A stretch of 32,000 nucleotides of DNA, from assembly GCF_900174585.1 (NCBI RefSeq), contig NZ_FWPT01000003.1:579949-611948 (forward strand). The letters are read 5' to 3'. Under the pieces are notes generated by a model. That model was not told where the DNA came from. It worked only from the letters and a program-made list of their open reading frames with translations, and did no database searches. The stretch's first letter is position 1. Each line of letters starts with the position of its first letter. Shown piece by piece: positions 12,580 through 20,027 of this stretch. The DNA is from Parendozoicomonas haliclonae (GTDB lineage: Bacteria; Pseudomonadota; Gammaproteobacteria; Pseudomonadales; Endozoicomonadaceae). A program made the position numbers and the translations under genes.

Positions 12580-13068
12580 TTAGCCTTTACCGGCTTCTAC
12601 ACTCTTCTCGATCACCACCTCACCGGAACCTTTCACCGTATCCCACAGGTCTCGGGACTGTTCTCGGGTCAAAGGATAAATCCCCTTGATATGGCATGGG
12701 AACGCACTGCCACCAATCACAGAAATCGTATCGCCCAAACGGCTCAGGCTCATATCAGAGAATCTGTTCACTTTAATGGTTGTAGCATGGCGCAAGCCCA
12801 CACATGAGCTATTCAGCTCAACCAGATAATCCTTTTTATAATTGCTGGTGATGATCAGGTACTTATCATCCAGGCTTTTCCAGCCACTGAAACGAAAGCT
12901 GGTTATCTTTTCCACAGGAGCCAGCTGTTGATCAGCAATAAATGTCTGATAGATCTTGTGACGATCTGCGGAGGATGACTCCTGAACGGATGCACAGCCC
13001 ACCAGCACGATACCGGAAATCAAAACCAGTAAGACCGGCTTAATTAAGCGAGCCAGAAATTCACCCAT
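12580..13068 (-). CDS. Small lipoprotein of unknown function (possibly DUF6491-like)
   Basis: Lipobox LVLISGIVLVGC/AS. GGAGG lies 7 nt upstream of ATG 13068. Two conserved-looking Cys (NSSCVG, FPCHIKGIY). Convergent with the GNAT gene across a 9-nt gap. The family name is from memory and low confidence. Confidence 0.6.
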   Translation of the reverse strand: MGEFLARLIKPVLLVLISGIVLVGCASVQESSSADRHKIYQTFIADQQLAPVEKITSFRFSGWKSLDDKYLIITSNYKKDYLVELNSSCVGLRHATTIKVNRFSDMSLSRLGDTISVIGGSAFPCHIKGIYPLTREQSRDLWDTVKGSGEVVIEKSVEAGKG

Positions 13069-13206
13069 AGTACCAACCTCCCCTGTTATTGCTTCTATGA
13101 CCTTATAATCATGACAGAGATTTCGTCAGATGCCTTTTTAAAACCGTACAATTGTGTATCAATGTCTAACGATTACAGGTAACGAATCAGCGGTCCTCCT
13201 TCATTC

Positions 13207-13599
13207 TTACTTTATTAGGGCGCTGATTTCCTGTTGATACTCATCTTGCAGCTTTTGCTTCTGTCCCGCCTTAATCGTATCCCAGCTGGTGCCAGAGGTT
13301 ATGCCTTCGATACGCTCCCCGTATTTGGCAATAGCACGCTCAATAACCCGTTCAGCAGATATACCCTGTTCCTGCTCAAGACAGATAACCAGGTTCAAAT
13401 AGTCCCACAATACATCGCCCAGCTCATCTTCCAGGTAGCAGCGGCGCCCGGCATGAACCTCTTCAGCGACTTCATCCACTTCCTTTTTGATTTCATCCAG
13501 ATAGGTACCACTGCCGTTAAACCAGGTATTACTCTGATCAAACCGGTTCTTGGCGTGAACAATAGCTAATAATTCTTCTAACTTTTTACCCATCATCAT
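13207..13599 (-). CDS. MazG-like nucleotide pyrophosphohydrolase domain protein
   Basis: All-alpha NTP-PPase metal-binding pattern E-x-x-E...E-x-x-D (EIKKEVDEVAEEV ... EDELGDVLWDYLNL). The start is moved from TTG 13614 to the first of three ATGs (13599), which has GGAAAG 7 nt upstream. Confidence 0.75.
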   Translation of the reverse strand: MMMGKKLEELLAIVHAKNRFDQSNTWFNGSGTYLDEIKKEVDEVAEEVHAGRRCYLEDELGDVLWDYLNLVICLEQEQGISAERVIERAIAKYGERIEGITSGTSWDTIKAGQKQKLQDEYQQEISALIK

Positions 13600-13705
13600 T
13601 TTGTGACTTTCCAAATATGATCTGAAATAGAAGTGCTCGGCAGAGTATGAAGCAAGACATCACAACGTAATAGTTGAGGAACACTAGAATCTAAGCTTGG
13701 AAGCA

Positions 13706-14188
13706 TCACCATGTTTTATCCAAATCCTCGGCATAAAACCGAATAGCATCTTGATAGGCGCGAATATCTTCAGAGTTGGTTGTCTCAACCAGCAGGTTAA
13801 GCAGCATTGCAACAGCTGCTTTCGCATCCCCAGTGTTGTAGAGGTTCATAGCCTGAAACGGCAGGATTTCTTGCTTATTAGGAAACTCTTCCCGCGCCAT
13901 GACAAAGTAGTCAGCAGCCTGCTTATATTCCCCAAGGCATCGCAGACTACTGGCCAACCCCAGTAAAACATCAAAGCGTTCACCCGCTTCAAGTTGCCCG
14001 TTTAGTGCCTGTTGATAATGCGGGATAGCTTCACGTTCAAGCCCCTGGGCATCGTAGTTCCAGGCGATATAAAGATGGGCTCTAGCACCCAAAAGTGGGT
14101 CTGCGACCAGTGCCTGCAGAGTTTCCAAGGATTGGGCATACTGCCCGGCCTTACGGAGCTGTATGGCCTGCTCAATCAGATTATTCAT
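13706..14188 (-). CDS. Tetratricopeptide-repeat protein (TPR_5-like), no signal peptide
   Basis: Repeated A/G-x-x-Y-x-x-A helical-pair pattern (LRKAGQYAQSLETLQAL; AWNYDAQGLEREAIPHYQQAL; LRCLGEYKQAADYF; NLYNTGDAKAAVAML). Confidence 0.7.
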   Translation of the reverse strand: MNNLIEQAIQLRKAGQYAQSLETLQALVADPLLGARAHLYIAWNYDAQGLEREAIPHYQQALNGQLEAGERFDVLLGLASSLRCLGEYKQAADYFVMAREEFPNKQEILPFQAMNLYNTGDAKAAVAMLLNLLVETTNSEDIRAYQDAIRFYAEDLDKTW

Positions 14189-14223
14189 TGTTGTACAGCT
14201 TTACTTCTTTTTATTGGAAGCCG

Positions 14224-14625
14224 TTACATTACTGGAGTCACAAGATTGCTACAATCGTAGGTCATGGTGACGTTTTGTTTATTTGTTTCTGTCGTTATCA
14301 CACCACTATCAGTCTGAGTGGCTGTATATGACGCTTTAAATTCAGCATTACTTCCCGGACTCATCAAATTCTGATAAAGACAATACCGGGCAGCAATACT
14401 CGGAAATGGTTTATTGCTACAGAGCATTTCCTCAAAAGTATTGGGGTTACTCTTGATCGCTAGTGAATCACACTTTTCGCTGGCGGACTGAACCAGCATC
14501 GTGTATTGCTTTTCTACCCTCTTGAGCCCATTCATCAATGCTGTATCTAATGAAGTATCCGCAGACATATAAGGAACGTATATCACTGCGGCCCCTAACA
14601 GAAGCATCCTTGCCACTTTATTCAT
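14224..14625 (-). CDS. Secreted hypothetical protein, 4 Cys
   Basis: N-terminal signal-like segment MNKVARMLLLGAAVIYVPYMSA. GAGGGA lies 6 nt upstream of ATG 14625 (the ORF-track start is TTG 14628). I recognise no family. Confidence 0.55.
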   Translation of the reverse strand: MNKVARMLLLGAAVIYVPYMSADTSLDTALMNGLKRVEKQYTMLVQSASEKCDSLAIKSNPNTFEEMLCSNKPFPSIAARYCLYQNLMSPGSNAEFKASYTATQTDSGVITTETNKQNVTMTYDCSNLVTPVM

Positions 14626-14678
14626 CAATCTTCCCTCTGATTTGAATAGTTTTATTCCAATAGTTCTTACTGCCGCTC

Positions 14679-16184
14679 TCAGTGATTCATCACCTCAGCC
14701 ACATGCTCAATCCACAGATAATCCGGAATACTTTTATCCAGATAGTAATCCGGTTGAATCCCCACACCATCTATCGCCATATGAGGAATCCGCAGACTGC
14801 GAGACAGCGAATAGTGCAATCTGAATAAGCCGGACGGCGAATCTACCGAGTACATATTGGAGATATCCAGCACACCATAGGTTGAACGACCAAACAGCTT
14901 TACCTTCTGGCTCTGCTTGGCAGCCAGCAGGAACTGCTCGGTCGTACTGCCGCTGTACTCATCAATCAGAATACTGATATTCTTTGGAAAGGCATGAACC
15001 TGATCAAACTCCCGAATCCAGACACTATCATCAAACACATTCACAAACTCACCCACTCGTGAGATGAGAATCTCATAGCGTTCACGGTGCTCCTCAACTT
15101 CTGAGGGTTTGATGCCGTACTTTTGTGGGTTTTGAATAAAATCCAGCTGACGCTGGTTATTCAGCTCCGTTGAATAAAACTCTATTCCGGGCACACGAAT
15201 GGGGTGGGTATACAACAGAGGCAGAATGGATTCGTAAGAGCTATCAGTGCCTCCGCCATTACTGCGAACATCAATAATCAGATTGGCTGTTTTGAGTATC
15301 TCTTCGCGATTCTCATCAATCAGTTGATTGATAACATCCCGGTTCTGGCTGCCAAAGCTTGGGACTCTTAGCAGCAAGGTATTGTCATTCTGTCGAACCA
15401 GCGAGGGTTCACGATTATTGAGATACTCAAAGAAGCGGGGAATCGCCTGATCTCCCTCCAGCTGTGGAAAACTTCGTTGCAGACTGAAGTTGCTCACCTG
15501 AAGGTAATTGTTACCCCAGATTTCGACTCTGCCGGGAGCCCCTTCACTATGATCCCGCATATAGTATTGGCCACTGTCATCCTTGCGGATACGCAGCTTG
15601 ATCTGACCCGGCAGCCAGTAAGGCGTCTCTGAACGGATAATAAAGCCCACATACTCCTCACCGATCTGTTTGATACCAACCGTATAAGGTGCAGCCTCCC
15701 AGATACCTTCATAATCGGTATGGGGTTTATCCTCCAAATAAGCTTTAAACTCTTCAAGATCTACATCCAGACGCGGCCAGTCTTTGAAGCGCTCTTTTAA
15801 TTCACTTTCACTTGGCTCAACTGTCGGTTGTTTATCAACTTCTCCAAGGTACTCAATGCCATGATGCCCTTTCCGGAAAAAAGCCAGCCACTCTCTGACC
15901 AGCTGCCTAAAGGCATCGGGATCATCGACTGTCTCTAACTGCTCCTGAGTTGCCTGATTATGAAGCTGATAAGCGACCTCTCCTTTATTGCTTAACGCAT
16001 AAGAGAAACCGGCATCATTCTCTTCAAAGGTTTTCTTTAACCAGGAAAACTCGGCCTGGTAATTAATATCGCTATTCGGTGAAACGGGCAGATTATCAGT
16101 CTCGGGGGCATCTTTAACGCTCACACAACCTGCGAGTGTGGCAGCCGCACAGAGTAAGGTGGTTTGCTGTAATACGGACTTCAT
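14679..16184 (-). CDS. S41-family (tail-specific/C-terminal processing type) peptidase homologue, lipoprotein
   Basis: Lipobox LLCAAATLAGC/VS. S41 core motifs LIIDVRSNGGGTDS and ILIDEYSGSTTEQFLLAA (Ser region). The position aligned to the Tsp TFGKG lysine reads TYGVL. Confidence 0.75.
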   Translation of the reverse strand: MKSVLQQTTLLCAAATLAGCVSVKDAPETDNLPVSPNSDINYQAEFSWLKKTFEENDAGFSYALSNKGEVAYQLHNQATQEQLETVDDPDAFRQLVREWLAFFRKGHHGIEYLGEVDKQPTVEPSESELKERFKDWPRLDVDLEEFKAYLEDKPHTDYEGIWEAAPYTVGIKQIGEEYVGFIIRSETPYWLPGQIKLRIRKDDSGQYYMRDHSEGAPGRVEIWGNNYLQVSNFSLQRSFPQLEGDQAIPRFFEYLNNREPSLVRQNDNTLLLRVPSFGSQNRDVINQLIDENREEILKTANLIIDVRSNGGGTDSSYESILPLLYTHPIRVPGIEFYSTELNNQRQLDFIQNPQKYGIKPSEVEEHRERYEILISRVGEFVNVFDDSVWIREFDQVHAFPKNISILIDEYSGSTTEQFLLAAKQSQKVKLFGRSTYGVLDISNMYSVDSPSGLFRLHYSLSRSLRIPHMAIDGVGIQPDYYLDKSIPDYLWIEHVAEVMNH

Positions 16185-16227
16185 TGTACTTATTATTCTC
16201 TTTTACTAATCCTCTGATACATGCCTC

Positions 16228-16653
16228 TTAAGCGTGGGTTTTACTCCACGGTCTGGAGACGAGCAGCACCATCAAAAGAATAACAATATATTTGGGAGCT
16301 ATCGTCGCCAGATAAAAACTGCTGTGATGATCCGGGAAGGCGACAATTTCGACATAGGCGTACAAGCTGACAAAAGGAAGAGCCAGCAAAGCATACAACC
16401 AGCGGCTGCCATTCGTGGTTAACTTCTCAAGAGCAAAGGCCAAAGCGGCAAACGCGATGGCCATAGGCAGGCAAAACACCAGAACTTCACCAAGAGCCCA
16501 TGCGGTTAGTGGGTATTCGTTAAACCATACCTGCATAGAATGCGGTAAAACAATTGCCGCACCAAAGCTAATGAGATAAACCGATAACCAGGCAAAACCG
16601 GCGCCCAAAGAGAGCGCCAGTATCGAGGCAAAGGAACGCAGACTCCGGATCAT
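16228..16653 (-). CDS. Integral membrane protein (about 4 TM), unknown function
   Basis: Hydrophobic throughout. Its ATG overlaps the stop of the upstream gene (ATGA at 16650-16653), implying translational coupling. Confidence 0.6.
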   Translation of the reverse strand: MIRSLRSFASILALSLGAGFAWLSVYLISFGAAIVLPHSMQVWFNEYPLTAWALGEVLVFCLPMAIAFAALAFALEKLTTNGSRWLYALLALPFVSLYAYVEIVAFPDHHSSFYLATIAPKYIVILLMVLLVSRPWSKTHA

Positions 16654-17378
16654 CTTACGACCTCAACATCTCCGGCACCAATAGAGACTTCAATAACCTC
16701 TTGGCCTTTTCCGGTGTATTCGGTCGTTGAGAAAATTAAGCCTGATGTTTCAATATTGGCTTTGTCAAAACCCTCAAGGCGGGTATCGCCAGCCCCCGTG
16801 CTTAATTCGATAGAGCGATATTCAACCTTACCCAGCTTGATATCAACATCCCCAGAGCCAACAGAGATTTCAGCCGAAGAGAGTAGTTTTTCAATATCAA
16901 GGTCACCGGCGCCGATATTAATTTCAGTCGGCCCACCCTGCTCGGTAATATCCATATCACCGGCACCAAGGTTGTAGGTCGCACTTTCCGAAATAGTTTT
17001 CACATCAATATCGCCGGCACCAAGATTGACAGCCACCTTCTTTTTGGCAGGCACCGCAATCACCCAATCCTGGTTGGTATCATCAATATCAATCGAGAAC
17101 TCAATCTCACTACCGGATTTATCAAGTTCAATTTCAGCACGGCTTAAATCAATATTCCCCCGGTGGCTGTGATCCTTAACCATCACTTTCAGTTCCAGCT
17201 CATCGCCAGAAGCCGTGGTCAGAGAAACAGAGCCAGCGCCAACAGAAAAGGCCAGCGTTTTTGCCCCGGAAACATCAATAATCTGATTTATTTCAACGGC
17301 ATTGGTATGGTCGTGAGAGAGGGCAGCACTAGAAGACAGAAGCGCAATCGCTGCGCCCAGAAAGGGTAATTTCTTCAT
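16650..17378 (-). CDS. Exported beta-solenoid repeat protein (DUF4097 / putative-adhesin-like)
   Basis: Signal peptide MKKLPFLGAAIALLSSSAALS/HD. Repeated GAGD[IMLV]D[IV] units. AAGGA lies 7 nt upstream of ATG 17378 (the ORF-track start is TTG 17381). Confidence 0.65.
   Translation of the reverse strand: MKKLPFLGAAIALLSSSAALSHDHTNAVEINQIIDVSGAKTLAFSVGAGSVSLTTASGDELELKVMVKDHSHRGNIDLSRAEIELDKSGSEIEFSIDIDDTNQDWVIAVPAKKKVAVNLGAGDIDVKTISESATYNLGAGDMDITEQGGPTEINIGAGDLDIEKLLSSAEISVGSGDVDIKLGKVEYRSIELSTGAGDTRLEGFDKANIETSGLIFSTTEYTGKGQEVIEVSIGAGDVEVVR
16812..17027 (-). repeat. Four tandem 18-residue (54-nt) coding repeats, N/S-[LIV]-G-[AS]-G-D-x-D-[IV]-...
   Basis: G-A/S-G-D occurs at residues 121, 139, 157 and 175 of the ORF-track protein, an exact 18-aa period. 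Degenerate copies are at 48, 196 and 235. The DNA shows recurring ATCRCCGGCACCAAG. Confidence 0.8.
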
Positions 17379-17420
17379 CAACAGATCCTTGTTGTTTTTT
17401 TTATATTCGTTCTGAATATG

Positions 17421-17452
17421 AACTCTGAAGTCTCTGTAGAAACTTCAGAGTT
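17421..17452. terminator. Perfect 11-bp stem-loop between the aldehyde dehydrogenase gene and the next minus-strand gene; the T-tract is on the plus-strand side
   Basis: AACTCTGAAGT (17421-17431) pairs with ACTTCAGAGTT (17442-17452) across a 10-nt loop. ATTTTTATT follows on the plus strand; on the minus strand CATATTCAG follows. Confidence 0.6.
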
Positions 17453-17479
17453 ATTTTTATTACAGGATCATTTTATCGA

Positions 17480-19057
17480 TCAGAGGGTCATCTTGCCATC
17501 AATGATGCGATTAACTGCCAGAGAGTTCTCATCCTTCAGAGTCTCAGGCAAAAGATCAGCCGGCATATTCTGATAACTGACCGGGCGCAGGAAACGCTTA
17601 ATTGCAGAAGAGCCAACAGAGGTTGTCCGACTGTCGGAGGTGGAAGGGAAAGGTCCACCATGAACCATGGCATGGCTCACTTCTACACCGGTCGGGTAAC
17701 CGTTAAACAGAATCCGGCCAGCTTTCAGTTCCAGCGTAGGCAGCAGTGAACGTGTCAGTTCGTTATCCGCAGGTGTGCAATGTACAGTTGTAGTCAACTG
17801 ACCTTCCAGCGAACCAGCCACTGCACGCATCTCGTCTTCACTCTGGCAACGTACAACGAGTGAGACGGAGCCAAAGATTTCCCCCTGCAGCTCCGAAGAA
17901 GCCAGGAAGTCTTCCGCACTCACGCTTGCCAATGCCGGTGCACACTGGTTTGGCAGGTTGCAGGCGACAGGTGCCAGATGGGTCTGCACGCGGCTGTTAT
18001 CCAGAAGACGACTGACGCCTTCCTGATAGGCATTATAAATACCGGCTGTCAGCATAGTCTGGGAAGCAGACTCTGCCAGCAGCGCAGCAGAAGTATTAAT
18101 AAACTGTTCCAGCTCCGGGCTTTCCAATGCCACAACCATTCCCGGATTGGTACAGAACTGACCAGCGCCCATCACCAGAGAACCGGAGAAGCCTTCGGCA
18201 ATCTGCTGTCCGGAAGCCTGCAGAGCACCCGGCAGCAGGAACACCGGGTTAATACTGCTCATCTCCGCATAAACAGGGATCGGCTCAGGACGGTTGGCAG
18301 CAATATTCATCAATGCCGTACCACCCGCCTGGGAACCGGTAAAACCAACGGCCTTGATGACAGGATGCTTCACCAGCTCGGTTCCGGTCGTAATCCCATC
18401 ACAGAACAGCAGAGAGAAAACACCAGCGTGGAGCTCACACTGAGCCACAGCTTTCTGGATGGCCAGACCCACCAACTCAGCCGTTCCCGGGTGTGCAGGA
18501 TGTCCCTTCACAATCACTGGAGCACCGGCGGCCAGCGCGGATGCGGTATCACCACCCGCCGTAGAGAAGGCCAGCGGGAAGTTACTGGCACCGAACACAG
18601 CAACCGGACCAAGGGGTACATAACCCATACGCAGATCAGGCTTGGGTAACGGAGCACGGTCAGGCTGAGCCGTATCAAGGGCAGGCTCCTGCCACAAACC
18701 GGTACGAACAATCTCGGCGAAGGCCCGCAGCTGACCCATGGTACGACCACGTTCACCCTGAAGACGCGCCTGCGGCAGACCGGTTTCGGCCATAGCGCGT
18801 TCAATCAGCGCATCGCCCAGCGCTTCAATATTGGTGGCAATCTGTTCCAGGAAGGCAGCGCGCTGTTCGGGAGTGGTCTGACGGAAGCTGTGAAAAGCCT
18901 GCTCGGCCAGTTCACAGGCTTCATTTACATCGGCAGAAACAGCACTGCTGTAGGCAGGAGATAATTGTTCATCAGTCGCAGGATTGGAGCCATAGAAGCT
19001 GGCTCCGGTGCCCGTCACACGACGGCTACCGACAATCATCTGTCCGGTTAATTCCAT
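17480..19057 (-). CDS. lhpG: Aldehyde dehydrogenase, probable alpha-ketoglutarate semialdehyde (2,5-dioxovalerate) dehydrogenase
   Basis: ALDH superfamily: catalytic Cys in GAGQFCTNPG, Glu in VYAEMSSINP, and a 525-aa length typical of KGSADH-type enzymes. GAGGA lies 5 nt upstream of ATG 19057. The specific function is inferred from the hydroxyproline gene context; the symbol follows Watanabe's lhp nomenclature. Confidence 0.75.
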   Translation of the reverse strand: MELTGQMIVGSRRVTGTGASFYGSNPATDEQLSPAYSSAVSADVNEACELAEQAFHSFRQTTPEQRAAFLEQIATNIEALGDALIERAMAETGLPQARLQGERGRTMGQLRAFAEIVRTGLWQEPALDTAQPDRAPLPKPDLRMGYVPLGPVAVFGASNFPLAFSTAGGDTASALAAGAPVIVKGHPAHPGTAELVGLAIQKAVAQCELHAGVFSLLFCDGITTGTELVKHPVIKAVGFTGSQAGGTALMNIAANRPEPIPVYAEMSSINPVFLLPGALQASGQQIAEGFSGSLVMGAGQFCTNPGMVVALESPELEQFINTSAALLAESASQTMLTAGIYNAYQEGVSRLLDNSRVQTHLAPVACNLPNQCAPALASVSAEDFLASSELQGEIFGSVSLVVRCQSEDEMRAVAGSLEGQLTTTVHCTPADNELTRSLLPTLELKAGRILFNGYPTGVEVSHAMVHGGPFPSTSDSRTTSVGSSAIKRFLRPVSYQNMPADLLPETLKDENSLAVNRIIDGKMTL

Positions 19058-19121
19058 AACATCCTCTTCTTTTTATTAATGCTGATGCAAATTAAACGCT
19101 ATGGATTAACCGACATCAGCT

Positions 19122-19796
19122 TTACTTCTGGTTTTTAAAATATTCCATCAGGGAGTGGTAGGAACCCAGGATATGTTGCCGGGTCAGCTCCGCTGCCAGC
19201 TTCCCATCCTGATTCACACAGGCTTCCAGAATCGCCAGATGTTCTTTTTCCGCACGCCCCATGCCGTTGGTCAGCAACAATTGAGCACGCAGATAAGCGT
19301 CAATACGGTCGATGGATTCATCAATCACCTTCAAATGGAAAGGCCGACCGGCATCTTTATACAGGGTTTCGTGGAACAGACGGTTCCGTTCGCCCCACAA
19401 AGACGGATCACTCTCCGTGGTAAAGGCATCGCAAAGTTTGCGAGCTTCGGCGAGAGTCTCCTCGGACATATTCTCGACCGACTTCTCAATCACCAGCGGC
19501 TCAAGATTGGCGCGAATCTCGTAAATCTCTTCCACATCCTTAGGCGAAAGGGAAGACACGATGCAGCCTTTATGACGCATATTCTGCACCAGCCCCTGAG
19601 CTTCAAGACGCTTAAGCGCTTCACGAACAGGAATACGGGAGACATTAAAGATATTGGCAATATTCTCCTGACGAATACGCTCACCAGCCTGAATCCGGCC
19701 ACTGATAATCTCATCGCGGAGTGCGTTGTAAATAATGTCTGACGACGCTGCAGTCTGAATTAAATTGACCGCACGGTCCTGAAGTCCCTCGTACAC
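19122..19796 (-). CDS. GntR-family transcriptional regulator, FadR/FCD subfamily (HypR/LhpR-like)
   Basis: N-terminal winged HTH (IYNALRDEIISGRIQAGERIRQENIANIFNVSRIPVREALKRLEAQGLV) plus an all-helical FCD-type C-domain (EIRANLEPL..., LFHETLY). GTG start with AAGGAA 7 nt upstream. Divergent from the ABC transporter operon. Confidence 0.88.
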   Translation of the reverse strand: MYEGLQDRAVNLIQTAASSDIIYNALRDEIISGRIQAGERIRQENIANIFNVSRIPVREALKRLEAQGLVQNMRHKGCIVSSLSPKDVEEIYEIRANLEPLVIEKSVENMSEETLAEARKLCDAFTTESDPSLWGERNRLFHETLYKDAGRPFHLKVIDESIDRIDAYLRAQLLLTNGMGRAEKEHLAILEACVNQDGKLAAELTRQHILGSYHSLMEYFKNQK

Positions 19797-19932
19797 AAAC
19801 CTGTTCCTTCTTCTAATTTTTACAAGTACATGGCATTAGCAACATGCCTCTGGGGCAATACCGCTCTGGCGCACATCATACTTGATTTCTGTTCCCGTAT
19901 TTATGTCTTGCCTGAATATTTTTTATAAAAGA

Positions 19933-19960
19933 TATTGCATATTGGATCCAATATGCAATA
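19933..19960. promoter_or_regulatory. Perfect 28-bp palindrome TATTGCATATTGGATCCAATATGCAATA (candidate GntR-regulator operator)
   Basis: All 14 pairs around the 19946/19947 centre verified base by base. It lies in the 231-bp divergent region between the regulator and the transporter, ending 3 bp before a TTGACA hexamer. Confidence 0.7.
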
Positions 19961-19963
19961 AGG

Positions 19964-19992
19964 TTGACACGTATCAGCGAGAAAAATAATAA
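19964..19992 (+). promoter_or_regulatory. Sigma70-like promoter for the ABC transporter operon
   Basis: TTGACA at 19964-19969. A -10 candidate lies in AAATAATAA (AATAAT 19985-19990 at 15-nt spacing, or TAATAA 19987-19992 at 17-nt spacing). It is followed by an A-rich leader and an AAGGGA SD before ATG 20028. Confidence 0.5.
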
Positions 19993-20027
19993 AAAACGAA
20001 ATAAAAATAAGAGCAAAGGGACTAGTC

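Noticed and set aside
13140-13206. AAGGAGG on the minus strand just after the MazG-like stop (around 13193-13199)
   Set aside because: It is followed only by a 5-codon frame with a non-ATG start before a stop. The real SD for the lipoprotein gene (GGAGG) is at 13078-13082.
17978-18649. 223-aa plus-strand ORF antisense to the aldehyde dehydrogenase. Similar long antisense ORFs occur at 19155-19742, 20926-21399, 22585-23009, 26513-27295 and 26617-27198.
   Set aside because: All lie opposite well-supported genes of the GC-richer Hyp cluster, and their translations are Arg/Gly/His/Thr-rich with no motifs. They look like shadow ORFs caused by codon bias.
19081-19120. 7-bp stem (GCTGATG / CATCAGC) between the regulator stop and the dehydrogenase start
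   Set aside because: The loop is about 26 nt and no U-tract is present on either strand. The two genes are probably co-transcribed, so it is too weak to call.
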